A stretch of DNA of 64,000 nucleotides. It comes from Bispira polyomma (lineage: Eukaryota). This document shows positions 1 through 13,700 of the stretch, piece by piece (the stretch's first letter is position 1; every line of letters begins with the position of its first letter). The notes below the pieces were generated by a model, which did not search any database, was not told the DNA's origin, and saw nothing but the letters and a program-made list of their open reading frames with translations. Where the stretch lies: assembly GCA_965649765.1 (NCBI GenBank), contig OZ287748.1:107384001-107448000 (forward strand), in the 5' to 3' direction. Both the position numbers and the translations under genes were made by a program.

Positions 1-1092
1 AAAACAGACAATTATTGAATTGGAGTTTGTTTGCAAGAATACAATTAGAGAATGTCAGGAGAAAGGATAAAGTTTGTGCTGATGCTCTATCCAGAAGTTG
101 TAGTTAGGGTTGTTTTGTATGTTAGTAACTGAAGAGTAAACTTGTAGAACTTAGATGTTTACTTGGATATTACTTGTGTGACTTAGGGTACAATGATCCA
201 TAGAATGTTATTACATATGTACACTGTATATTCACTTATGTTTTGTGTAATATGAAATTTTGTAACCCCTTGGCTTCCAAATTTTTTCTTTAAGGGGGGA
301 GGTGTTACATATAAGGACATTGTGGTATGTTAAAGCACTCTGCTAGAGTGATCTATTTATAGAATTGGGGAAACCCCTAAGCTTCTAGAAGCTGGTTCTA
401 TTTTGTTTCTGTTGTTATTGAAGCTGTCCTTATTTCTTTACATCTCAATCTGGAACGTTCTAGCAATCGTTTACATATTCTAGCAACCTTCTCTAGCAGT
501 GGTATATATAAGGGTTGACAGCCTGGCCACAGAGCAGAGTTTATTGAGTTGGTGTGCTATATGAACTGCTATACTGTGAAACATTTTATTTCTTTTCCTG
601 TGGATATAAACTGATTATTATATACATTTTGTGGTGAACTCTTTCGAGCGAACTAAATATAATGTTGTGGATTTACTAGAGATTGGATTTGCTGCATATC
701 AGATATTGTTTGCATCCTGGACCGGATAGCTGAGTTGTGCAGATTCTCTGGATAAATACATTTTGTGTTCGTGGACACCTAACGGATAACAGGATACAGG
801 CATTGTGTGGACACCGAGCGGATCTAAAGACAGATTGCTGGATACAGTGGACAAACTTGTTTATTGTTATTTATGTGGACAGGACTGTGGTCAGGTCAGA
901 TCGGTTTCATTATTGTATTATTGTATGAGCTATTAAGAGTATCTCAGTTGACTGTAATTCTGTAAATCTGTAATTGTGTAATTGTTATTTTAAGTGTTAA
1001 ATAAATTTGTTAAGTGAAACTTTTTGTCTTTTCCTGTTATGACTTCAAAGCAACCGGTAATTGCTACCGCGCTTGCTCCTGTCACCATAACA
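1..1092 (+). mobile_element. 3' end of a Ty3/Gypsy LTR retrotransposon: degenerate RNase H C-terminus, polypurine tract and 3' LTR (303-1092)
   Basis: Positions 1-107 read NRQLLNWSL / LQEYN / KDKVCADALSR-stop across frameshifts. PPT aagggggga gg ends at 302. LTR termini are TGTTA...TAACA, with internal TATATATAA at about 503 and AATAAA at 1000-1005. Confidence 0.85.
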
Positions 1093-1364
1093 ATGTCTCT
1101 GAAGGAAAATATTCTAGGCAGCTTCATAATTTATGAATCTTATACGCGTTTGACTAGGCTAGTTTAATGACCATGCATATACTAATTTCCTGTCCACTCG
1201 CCAGGGGGTAGCATCAGTAGTTAATGCCATTAGGAGCCTGTGGGAAATTCATGTAGTACATAAACTCTTTAATTTGCTATATTAACACACAAATTGGAAA
1301 ACATCCAGTGTCACAGTAAACAAGAGTTGTTTTAAAAAGGACATAGGTGCAAAGTGTGAGACTC

Positions 1365-1650
1365 AAGCTGACACCCCTCACTTTTGACGATACGATTGCT
1401 TCCTACCAATCCATGCAGGCTTTTCATACTATTTCCAACATGGTGGTAATATTAGGTAGTGCCTGAGAATATTAAGCTGACACCTCTCAGTTTAGCCAGG
1501 TCCATTGCTTTTAACCAATCCTTGAAAGCCTTACTTATTATTAAGACATTGCGGTAATATCAGGTATTGCCTGAGAATATTAAGCTGACACCCCTTAGTT
1601 TGGACGAGACAATTGCTTTTAACCAATCCATGAAGGCCTTAAATATAGCG
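1365..1650. repeat. Diverged 108-bp tandem repeat, about 2.6 copies
   Basis: aagctgacacc recurs at about 1366, 1474 and 1582 with shared downstream aaccaatcc and ggtaatattaggt blocks. Confidence 0.75.
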
Positions 1651-3194
1651 ACACCCTTTTTAGAATGAAAACAACACCAGGTGCGCCTGATAAAACAACA
1701 CCAAAGACTTTAGTGGTTGTAGTTTGTGGCTGGTTGGAGATATTGACAACTGCTGATACATTAGTACAGCAAGGACACTATACCGAGATTTAGTGTTCAC
1801 ACTTAAATCGACAGGGTTCCAAACCTCTGTTGTAGACACACACATCTCTTAGGTACTACATTAAGTGTCTTTACTAATTCCTCCGTAAACTCAGTGAACG
1901 TCAAACCACATTCAAATGAGATGATCTTGTTTGTTTGATGTTCAAGGTAATTCTTACTAAGCCTAGGGGTAAGTAGCTGGGAATTCTCAGAGAAGTGTAA
2001 AGGTCACACCTGAAGCTGTGAGCATATTAAAGTTTATTGTGCTCCCTGAGGGTAAATGAAATTAAGAGAGCTTTTCTGTGTTTTTACCCTAAAAGGTCAG
2101 AGAGTGACTCCAGCAATTGACTGTTACTTGTAAGTTATTTGTCAGGGAAGTCATTAATTGTGTAATGTGTAACTTGCTTGATCCATGGTTTAAATGGTTC
2201 TTACACCTTCTCACTGCATGTCATTGTTTTGAAGTGACACGTGACCTTTGTCATTAAGGGGGTTCTTAACTTAGAATTGCCTTCAGAAGACATACAGATT
2301 AAACCATTTAATATAACTGACACTGACATACTCTCTGATTTCAGATGGCTTATCTCGTAGTAATTAAAACTCAGATTAATGTGATAGTCTTGGACGTATT
2401 GTTCTTCGAGAAACCTTGACTCACAAAAGTTATCTAGTTCTAACTTAGTTTTAAACTAAGACTACACATTGTTGTTCTTATTGTTAAGGGTTTACAGTAA
2501 CGTAAACACACAAAGCGTAGACGATCAATCATATTATGATATTTAATTTTAAGGCTACATAAACACTACTGCAGCCTTAACATGGTCCTTTGGTATATTT
2601 TAAAATCCAGTTTTTTTATCACTAGAAAGCTCTTATTATGTACCTTATGATAAGTTTCACTGATTTTAATTCAAATGAAATGGTAATGAAGATATTTGCA
2701 GTTAACTATTTGAATGGACTGTTTTTGAATAGACTGTATATCCCACATTGTAAAAATACTACTTTTAGAGTGGAAATTATTGACTAAATGCTCATATCTC
2801 AGTATATATAGGTAATACAGATGTGCAGGTTTTATATTCGACACGCCAGATGAATAAGTTTTCTGGTATAATTTCAGAATAGATATACAATAGCTGGGAA
2901 AGTTAAAGTTGAAAGGAGTTACTATTTGGGAAATTCACAATATTGTGAAGAAGGCATTTGATCTAAAGCAGCTGTCACGTCTCTTGGACCTGCAATTGTG
3001 CAAGGCTCTTCTTGTATTCAATATGTTTACTTATTTTGTAAAAACGAAGGGTGCAAGGACCCTTCTTTCTGATAGGAGAAATGAACTTGAAGGCTTTTTT
3101 GAAAGTATCTTACTTTTAATGTTTAAATGAAAAAGTAAATCATCCTAAATCACACGGAGATCTTCTTCTTTTTAATAGTAATGTACCATACTTT

Positions 3195-5600
3195 TAATTA
3201 TTATTATTATTAGCTTTATTGATGCTAGGCAGAATCAGTGATACAATTGTAAAGTCTATGGGCAAAGCAAGGTCGTCAGGAAAGATGTGTGGGGTGTACA
3301 GGAGGGAAACAATGGTGGGTAGGCAAGGTTAAACAGATAGGTTTTGAGCCTTTTCTAAACCAATAAGTGTTTCTACTGATCTGAGGTCAATTGGGAGACA
3401 GTTCCATAATAAGGGAGCTGCAATGGATCCCGTGGATCTAATCAAAGAAACAGAGAGTGTATTTCTTCTTTTCAGGCTAGAGGCTAAAATAAATGTGGTA
3501 ACGTGAATCTTGAATGGGAAGCCAATGTAGTTTTTTGAGGTAAGGATTGACCGCTTAAGCGAAAAATTACCCTGCATTGGTAGTTTTGAATGGACTGGAG
3601 CTTTTTGATCTGTGACTTGTTTACTCCAAACAGTTACAGCAGTCAAGGCGGCTACTCACAAGGGCATTAGCCATAGTTATAGCAGTATCCAGTGACAGAT
3701 GGTTTTGGATTCTTTTTATGTCACAAATGTGGTAATAGCAGGATGTTGGCAACATTAGTGTCAACTAAAAAGACAGAGTCGAAAGTGACACCAAGGTTTT
3801 CGGCAATTTCAGAAGGTAGTATATCTTTTCCCAGAAGGGAAATGGGGAATAATGATTTTAAGAAATCGCCGTCTTTCTACTTTTCAGTAAAAATGAATTC
3901 AGTTTTGTCAGGATTTAATTTCAATTTGCAGTACTTCATCCACACCTGAACAGAGGACAGACAGTCCACAAGTAAATCAATGTTCTATTTGCATTTTGGT
4001 GGTTCAGAAAGAGACAGACTTGAGTGTCATCAGCATACATGTCGTGTTTTATATTATGATTATTGATGACAGTGCTGAGAGGATGTGTATAGAGGGTGAA
4101 AAATAGAAGTCCAAGAACAGATCGCTAGAGTACTCTCTATGGCGGGTTATGGAAGATAATAAGTGATCATCTAGTTTAATTTTTGTGCTCTAAGAGTAAG
4201 GTAGGATCTGATTCAATCAAAGATAGTGCCATTTTGCCAAAACCATTTCTTGAGGGTGGCGCTAAGTAGGCCATGGTGTCGAAGGCTGTTGAGAGATCTG
4301 AAAGGGTGAGGGCCACTGTTTCATTGCGGTCCAATGCAAGATTAATATCATTTGCTGATAGAAAAATGGTACTTTTTGTAGAGTGAAACTTTCTGCAAGC
4401 AAAACACCATTCCGAAGAGAAAAAAATTAAATATATTGGTTATTGGTGTAACTAGAATGTCCAGGCATTCATTAAGAATAACTGCTGGAACAGAAGTTTT
4501 AAAACATCCTTCCTTGTTGAAATAGAATAAGTTAGAAACCTTGTACCCTGGGGTTGGAGGGCAGAAATGAGACATTGTTAAAAAAACTATCACTAATGTT
4601 GCTAATTTTATCAATGAAAATTTGCCAAATTTATTCGCTTAAAATGTAAGACAGTGATTTATGGGGAGAACTTTTTCGGAGAATTTTATTTATAAATGCC
4701 AAAAACCTTTTGGGATTGTGTTGATTATCATTGATAATGGAGTCATAGTGCTCCTTTTTGGCATTAGATATAAACCTGTTAAAGTTATTCCTGGCGATAC
4801 AATAATGGCTTCTGTCAAATGAGGATGTAGTATGACACCATTGACGTTTAAGTTGGTGTTTGAATCTTGGCCTCTGTAATGGCATCATTGGTCCATGCAC
4901 AGGGGTTTGTATGGGGAAGGGGTTTTGGAGACTCAAAGAGCTGTCGGCATTCTTGCATGGATCTTTAATGAGGTTTGATGCACGGATGTCATATCTGAAT
5001 TTGTCAATATTGATTTTTCTGATATTTCAGTATTTTATCACACAAGGTTTTTGTGAGGCAGGCAAATTTAAATAGGCAAAGGTTTCCAGGTGATCCGAAA
5101 CCCCATCAGTGACCCAGACTTCACTGATTAGATTAGAATTTGGTTGGGCAATTACCAGGTCAAGTATGGGATTGTGGAGGTGGGTAGGACCGAAGATGGA
5201 CTGTGAGAAATTTAAAGTATTCATGAGACTGTTGAAGTCTTTTGTTGCGGTGTTTTGTATGTCGATCTTGATGTTGAAATCAACAAGGATAATAGCTTTG
5301 AATGGGAGAAGGTTGGGAGTCTCAAGGAATTGGGAAAACTCTTGAGAAAAGGTGGCTAAAGAGGGATGGGTGGTCTGTAAAAAGAGAAAATCAGGAATGA
5401 CTGATAACCATTTGAAATTTTGAAAGGAGAGGAAATTTTTTACAAATATGCTTACTCCCCCTCCACGTTTTTGTAGCCTAGGAAACTGAAAAAATTTGTA
5501 ACCCGCAGGAGTTATACCAGACAAGAAAGATGCGGTATCCCTACTACTGAGCCACATCTCGGATACGGCAGCAACAACCAGGTTCTATGCGCCTTGTCTC
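3195..5600 (-). mobile_element. Degenerate L2/CR1-group LINE (AP endonuclease plus reverse transcriptase, (AAT)n tail)
   Basis: APE motifs RGGGV, DFN, PTH..LDLV and SDH in ORF 5027..5557; MYADDTQ at about 4020-4040; LKLNPDKTEFI; AAPLLWNCLP; many stops and frameshifts. Confidence 0.9.
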
Positions 5601-8101
5601 ACAAGGAACGTGAGTCAAATACCCCAAACTTTAATGTGGATGCTGGAGGGCACTGAGAGCAGTCAAAAAAGGGATCCAGAGGCTATCAAAACAGGGTTTG
5701 GTCGCCGATTTGTGTGTATCTTGAAGCACTAAAATACGGTGTTGGCCTTGTCAAGAAAGGCAAGGAAGGATGAGGCTAGTTCAAATTCCACGAATGTATT
5801 CGGATAATGGCTAGAACAAGGCAGGGTAACACTACCCAGAGCATGACTTAATGACTTGGAAAGGAAAAGAAGGTAAACAACATCAGTATTAATTTTTTCA
5901 TTTTATGTGAATTGTGTTACATTTGTGAATCTAATCGAATCAAACTTTTATGTCACTTAATCTTGAGGAATTTTCCATTAAGGTGGATTCTAAGGCACAT
6001 ATATCACGATCATATTTAACTATTGTAATGCCTTTTTCTGAAAGGTGGTCGTATCCCGAAAGACGCTGGAATGAATATGTGAAAAGGGAGGATAAGGCTT
6101 CTAAAGGATGATAACTATTCCATTGCTTTTTGCACTGGGGTCAAAATATGGTGCTGCTGACATTTAAAAGGTGAAGAAATCTGATACTAGTTTGTTTACA
6201 CTCCTTTGCTTGTATTTACAACTTTATACAGTATTTTAAATTTTAAAATGACAAAACCAAATCAAAAAGAAGAAATGGGAGAAGCAAAGGGAGGAGTGAA
6301 TGATAGAAGTAGACAAACTGCATCAGACTTCGAACAGCCATGTTTGTGAATATCTTGGAACTTGTATTGTATGTTAGATTTCAAGAAAAAATATATTATA
6401 TATTCATTTTTGTAGCTGTACCATATTTGGTTAGTTTTAAACCATTTTAGAATTACGCGAGAACTAGGACGAGCAAAAATAATGTCAGATCTGTTGATAT
6501 TCCTTGTGGGCCAAAGGTTTGAAATTCTTAGAAAACCTAAAACGACAAACAGAAAAGCAGTTATGTAAATTTTAGATTTGACTAAAAGTTCGTAAATATT
6601 CTGTAGTTGGTGGGATCAAAAAATTATGTGAGTTTCGGCTTGAATTTTGAATAGGTCTGAGGGACATTGAGATCCTGGGCCGTACAGACCTGTCTGTTTG
6701 ATATTAAGAACCTTGTAGTTACGTCTAACTGTAAAAGGTAATTATTGATTAGCTTGTCTGATTTGTTTTGTACTGAAAAAAATTCTATGAAAAATATGAG
6801 TGTAAAGTCTCAATTAATTATGATGTCTTGGTTCTAGGTTGGTATTAGGTTGGTGATTATTGTGTGTGGTTATTTAACTGCTTGTTGTAGTGGTCTGACG
6901 AACTCCCTAAAGTTAGAAGAAATTGTCTAATGAGGTTTTAAAAAATGAAGTCTTTGCTTTGTTCACTACAATGTCCCACTTCATACTATCCTGGTAGTTT
7001 GTGTCAGATAGTCTGTTTTCTTTTTCACTGGCTATGATCTACTGTCACGTCTTTGTTGAATGTCCCCTTTTTACATGTTTTAGAAGTATTTATAAATTTA
7101 GAACTTGGCTTAAATTAACATCTACTAGAATTTACAGAATTATCATTCGAGGAGATGAACAACTACACAATACTGATACAATTTGCTGACCAATTTATAT
7201 GCAACACAATCTCTTATGCCTGCCCTTTGAAGGACCTTTTGGTTGATATCAATATGCGTGAAACGAGGTATGTGAGCGATAATAAAAAAAGCTTAAATGA
7301 ATTAGTAGTAAATAGTGAATGAAGTGATAGTTTGTAAAAGCAGTGATTTTTCGACAATAACTCAAAGTAGTAGTTGAAATTTTAATTTTTGTGAGACGAT
7401 AAATTAAAACAGTACTTTCCTCAACACATGCTAAACCCCACTATTAGATGGATGATTGACGCTGCCAGTGAAGCTGCTGCAAGTGGATCATTCCCCAACT
7501 TCAGGAAGAAAGTTTATCATTGTGCTGAGTTTGTGAAAGTTGCTTACACCAGACAAGGTCATGCTAGGGATTTATTAGATGTCCATGTTTGGGAAGAGGG
7601 TGACATGTGTCTATGCTTTTAAGTGGATAAAAGGAATGAGAAAGGTCAAGCAAAGATCAAATGTTTTCCTGATGTTTTAAAAGGGCATTTATGAAATGAT
7701 TACATAGTATATGAGGGGAAGTGTTGGGGGATATGGTTTCTCCCTTTTGCACAGTAACAAGCCAATTTGGGACCTTTGTCTTCTTTAAAATGTCTTGTGT
7801 TAGTACTGAAGTTGTCCCACACTAATGTTATCAGGAAGTATTTTTGGCTACCATAGTCTACCACAAGAATACAGTAATTTGTAATTGTACTGGTTTACTA
7901 CTAATCTGTGATCTAGATAGACGACATCTGCTCTAAGTGGAAAAGTTAATAGTTACTTGCCGATGGTTGCTGGTAAACAATGACATGTTTATTGTACCTT
8001 ATTTGTACAAAAAATAAATAAATAAATAAAAAGAAAATGGTCTTAAGGTACCTACAAGACTAATAAAATGTAGAATATGTAGTTATGGTTTGGGTTTAAA
8101 A

Positions 8102-8780
8102 ATTATATTATTATTATTATGAATTTTTAATGCGCTTTTTTGATGCAAGGCATATTCTAAAGCGCAACAGCAGAATCATTGATCATATCGTAGAGTCCAT
8201 GGGCATATCGAAGTCGTAAGGAAAGATGTGTGAGCATGGACGAGGGAAGCTGAGGTGGGTGGGCAAGGTCAAAAAATAGGTTTTAACCTTTTCCTAAAAC
8301 CGATGAGTCTATCAACTGATCTGAGGTCAACTGGGAGACTGTTCCATAACAAGGGAGCTGCAATGGAGTAAGCTCTGGATCCTGCCTTTCTAATGGGTCT
8401 GACCAAAGAAACAGGGAGTCTGTTTCCTCTCTTACGGTTACTGAAACAGAGGAGGGAAGCCAGGTAGGAGGGCTGTTTAGTGACTACAGCCTTAAAAGTG
8501 GTAACATGCATTTTAAACAGAATTCGAGAGTGAATGGCCAGCCAGTGTCATTTTTAAAAGTAATGAGTGACGTCTGTGTGACCACCCAGGCGAAAAATTA
8601 CCCTGCATAGGTAGTTTTGTATGTACTGGGGCTTTTGATGTGTGACTTGTTTACTCTAAACAGAAGAGAGTTGCAGTAGTCGAGGCAGCTGCTCACAAGG
8701 GCGTTGGTGACAGTTAACTCAGTGTCCATTGACAGGTGGTTTCGGATTCTTTTGATATCATGGCAGTTGATAAGTCACAC
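8102..8780 (-). mobile_element. 5'-truncated L2/CR1-group LINE 3' end
   Basis: GSRAYSIAAPLLWNSLP, CLDYCNSLL and HWLAIHSRILFK; (AAT)n tail; similar to 3195-3720. Confidence 0.88.
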
Positions 8781-9368
8781 CAGGCAGTATCACAATCTTA
8801 AGTGAGGATTTTCAGATTATGATATATGTACACAGGGTATGGGATTCTGCTGGGAGCTAGCGATTGGCCCTCTGGCATGAAATTCATGAGGAATATTCGA
8901 AAAATTTAACAACTATCCAAATTCAACCCCCTAACAAATGTAAACACCATACAAATGTAAAAAATATATTATTACAGTTTTCCTTAATTTAATGCCAGGC
9001 GGCCAAATTGCCTGCCCCCCACCTGATTCGAGTGTCCCCGTGAATCGCAGGAGTCAAACAATAAATCATCATCAATTATGTTAGAGCCACATCCTTCATT
9101 GCCTTTAAGACGGTTCAACAGTCATGAGCACGCCACTGGGAACCCCAACAGTCCTGGCCACGCCATAGAGAACCAATACTTAAGGTTGATTGCCATGATT
9201 AATTCCAAAAAATCTCTATCTGTCTGGCTTTTATGTATTTTAAAATACCTGGAATTGGAGGTATTGTTTGTTCAAAATATAAAAGCCAAAAACTTTACAC
9301 ATTTAGCATAGCCAAAGAGATATAACAAAAACAAAAATGGAAAACCGTTTTTTGGGGGACATATTATT

Positions 9369-9374
9369 TTTATT
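9369..9374 (-). promoter_or_regulatory. Candidate polyadenylation signal for the long-tail isoform
   Basis: AATAAA on the minus strand about 700 nt after the stop at 10073; the AT-rich context makes chance matches likely. Confidence 0.35.
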
Positions 9375-10072
9375 GATATTCACTTTACAATTAAAGAAGT
9401 AAATAATTTAATAAATATTTTATACAAACATGCACTATATATCCATTGCTTGCAGTACTGATCACAAAATTCACTTTTGTACAGAAAACTAAAACAACCC
9501 TTATGGTGACAATAGATTTGAGATACTTTTGCCAAAAATTGTACATATTTATGGATTATAATTAAGAAAGTTTTCAGTTCGGGGAGTTTAGAAGATTTGA
9601 AAAAGGTAAAAAAATCTGCAAGTGATGTTCTTTTTCCAGCCCATATGTAAATAACTTTAGAATATTGGAACTAAGTGTATTATATATGGGACTAATGTAG
9701 TAGAAAAATGGGATTATATAAAATAGCTTACAAGGATAACACATTTCTGGAACTATTAACTATAGAATACAAAATATACAAATCTAAAAGTTTCACTTAG
9801 CATGCTTAAGATACATTATTTGGTGCTAAAATTGATGACGTGATCTTATTTTAACAGGTTTACTACATAATACACTTTGTAGACCAGAAGCATGCTTGCA
9901 TACTTGTTTGTTACTATTCCTGGTAGCGTGTATTGCACTTAACAATGTCTTATACCTAAAAGTTATCTAAAATCATTTAATAAAGTCCTGTTGCTTCCAT
10001 TGATGACAGAGTAGGTTCTAATTGATGAGGTGACTGTATTCCCCCTCTCTGCCACTCTACACCATGCACCCT

Positions 10073-10751
10073 TTATCTGTACCCTTCTTCCACAGCAATC
10101 TTCAGCTCCTCGTCTTCATTATCTCCTACAGGCATCACTGTGATCTCTCCAAAGGCGCTTACATTCCTTCTCAGGGTAGATGGGGTTGCTGGTGCAGTGC
10201 CCACCTCGGAACTACTCACAACAGAGATCCTGCGGTCACCTGACCTCAGTGACTGGCTGTCTGAAGTGTATCCACGGTTCTGGTTGGCCATACGCCTGGT
10301 GGCTGTGACTGCAGAGATACGCCTGGCCATGGAGACGCGCCTAGCACCATAGGGGTCCTCATGGGCCAGCAAGTGGCCATGTTTGAGGTACTTCCTGTCA
10401 GCGGAGAGCCTGTCATCATCCATGGAAGAGTCGATCAGATCTTGCTCCTCGGCAGAGAGTAGAGCACTGTCAATAGACTGAACTTCCTGCTCATTGAGTC
10501 GTGTGACACGTGGTAAGTCCTCCAGACTGTAGGCATCCCGCAGGTGTTGTTGACTGGCGGCTTCACTACTCACATACTGGCGACTGGCACTTCTCTCCAT
10601 CTCACCACCCACATACTGGCGACTGCCCGAACGCTTCTCAATGTTGTACACATTGTGGATATTGGTGGTTTTGTTGATGTCAGAGCTTGACGACTCATGC
10701 TCCATCAAATTTTTTTCATAAAATTCTTTGTCCTCTTGACGCTTCCGACAC
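10073..10751 (-). CDS. Exon 38: terminal exon, long Ser/Arg-rich cytoplasmic tail
   Basis: tggcag|G TGT CGG AAG, phase 2, in frame with ORF 10073..10708; CRKRQEDKEFYEKNLMEHE...KIAVEEGYR-stop. Confidence 0.88.
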
Positions 10752-13700
10752 CTGCCAGAAAAGACAAAGAATTGTCAGATACTGAGATCATGCTGGTTAG
10801 TCCACTGGAGAAATGTCAGAATTATCATATTGGTTAGGATACTAGAAAGTGGGGGCAGTCAGAATCAGCATACTGGTAAAGATACTGGGGGCAGGGCGGG
10901 GGGTGGTCAGTATTATCATGTTGGTTAGGATGCTGGAAAGGTATCAGGATTATCGTTTTAGTAAGGATACTATGAAGGTATCAGAATTATCATGTTGGTT
11001 TGGATACTGGGAAGGTGTCAGAATTATCATGTTGGTTTGAACAATGAGGTATAAGGTTTTGTGTCGATTAGGATAATTGGATAGTCTCAGATTTACGATG
11101 CTGCTTAGAAGGTTAGGTGGGTTTCTAAATGTATATTTCAAGCACAATAATAATAGTTGTTAGTGAGTGTAAACAAGATGCGTGTGGATTTTTATCAAAA
11201 TATAGGTGCAAGCAAGACAATATAGGTTGATTAGAATACACCATGCTGGAAGAGAGTTATTATGACAGAACAAGCTATGTAGTATTCTCAGTGTGAAGAC
11301 TGAGAGCCATGACAACCATGTGGGATCTAATACTTATTGCTTTGGTCAGTTTATGCCTTAGATTCCCCTCACGCCTTAGAGTCCTCTTCGTTAAGGGGAG
11401 ATTTAGTGCTATAAAAAAGTCTAATTACAAGTCTAATTACAATCATGACGGCCAGATTAAACCGCAGAAGAAACCAGTGCTGAAGCCACTGTAAACCACT
11501 GGTCTGTGGCAAGTACCTCACACACTTTCCCACTTAAAGGAACAAACAGGATTTTAACGCTCATTGGTGAGGCTAGTGATTGTGAAGCATCTCAATAATA
11601 TGGTATTTTTTCAACGTAGAAGTATTTTGATATAACTTCACATCAACTGATGATCTATGGAGTCTAATGGGGATAAGTTATGATATTATTCACGTTGAAA
11701 TGATCATTTTACAGATTTTGCATCAATAAAGAAGAACCATGAATTATAAATGAGTAACCTGAATAAAGACCTGTTAGTTGACATCTTAAAAAATTAGGTG
11801 AATAGATATTTCTTAACATCGTGACACTTGTACTTCAAGTTAACTCTGTAACCTTGTACAGATATGTATAACTACTTACAGTTAAACACAAGTTAACTCT
11901 GTAACCTTGTACAGATATATATCTAACTACTTACAGTTAAAAACAATTACAATGCTTTCAGTTGTTTAATGCATGTAAAAGAAATTCCTGAGACAGGATG
12001 TCATATATTTATAGCTTTTCTGCCTTGTAAAACAGTATATCCATTGCACATTCTTCAAACATCACTAAATTTTGAAATCTTTTCACCAGGACTACCATTA
12101 TAGAAGATATTATAAAGGTTCTAGAGATATTGTAAGCTCTTGTAAAGCTTATGTAAACTTTGTGTCGGAAAGCTTAACATAATCAATCACTGTTCAATAT
12201 TCGTACAGATAGGTGTATATGCAGGTCTTTATATATGTGTAAACCTAGTGCAAGCAACATATTGGACAATCATGGGTTTTCTTTTTTTCCCGACAATTTT
12301 CATGGTTTTACCCATATTTGTCTTAATATATATGTGACTGGCCGATTAAAATAGACTAATATAGGTTCGATCTGTTAATTTTATTTTTTCTATTTTTACT
12401 TGTAGTGCGAACGCTTGAAGGAAACAGTTGATCTCGACAACAAACATTGTCATTTGTAAATCAAGTAAGAAAGTAAGATAAAAACATAAATATTTTGTAG
12501 TTTTATATAAAATATATTGTACTTTTGAACATGTGCTAAAATAGAAGAAATTAAAAGCAATTAACGGACTTCTCTTGTATTAATGACCAATTAATTGCTG
12601 CAATATCATCAGGTTGTCAGGCAGATTAGAAGTTTTAGGTTTGATAAAAATATACCTGGTTCTTGATCATTTGACAGCCTTCTAAGTTTACCGTTTTTCC
12701 TTCATTACCCAAATGTGTTTGTATCATTTTACTTGTCAGTATAATAGTTTAACATGGCTAGATTAAAATACAACTTCAATGTTAATGCGCATTAAGCCTA
12801 TAAATATATGATAAAAACTATCGAATATACGAGACACAAGGCTAGTTTTATATCAAATAGATTTTAGTGTTGGATATGTGCATTTGTTGGATTTGTTTAC
12901 CTTGCACCATCTTCTTTCATATTTCCGTTGTGTGCCGACATCTAGCGAGTATTGTGTATACTAGAAACTGAACCCACATTGTTAATTGTAAAGTAAATGG
13001 TCAACGATTTTGAAATGTAAAAAGAGCTCCATCTTGGACATAACAATATCTACAACCAGAAGACCAGTCAAAAAGTCCCAAAACAAGTTGGTAAAGTGCA
13101 CATAATTCAGATACAAAGCTGGAGGCCTATCTCATTGTTATCTGTTAACTACAAGATAAGGTCTGCAGTTATAGCTAACAGAACAGGATAAGGTCTACAA
13201 CTATAGCGAACAGAACAGGATAAGGTCTACAGTCATAGCTAACAGAACAGGATAAGGTCTACAGTTATAGCTAACAGAACAGGATAAGGTCTACAGTTAT
13301 AGCTAGCAGAACAGGATAAGGTCTACAGTTATAGCTAACAGAACAGGATAAGGTCTACAGTTATAGCTAACAAAACAGGATAAGGTCTACAACTATAGTC
13401 AACAGAACAGGATAAGGTCTACAGTTATAGCTAAGAGAACAGGATAAGGTCTACAGTTGTAGCTAACAGAACAGGATAAGGTCTACAACTATAGCTAACA
13501 GAACAGGATAAGGTCTACAGTTATAGCTAACAGAACAGGATAAGGTCTACAGTTATAGCTAACAGAACAGAATAAGGTCTACAGTTATAGCTAACAGAAC
13601 AGGATAAGGTCTACAGTTATAGCTAACAGAGCAGGATAATGTCTACAACTATAGCTAACAGAACAGGATAAGGTCTACAACTATAGCAAACAGAACAGGA

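Noticed and set aside
11838-11945. 55-bp duplication containing a gtaagt donor-like motif (possible unseen exon)
   Set aside because: No open, acceptor-bounded exon could be identified next to it.
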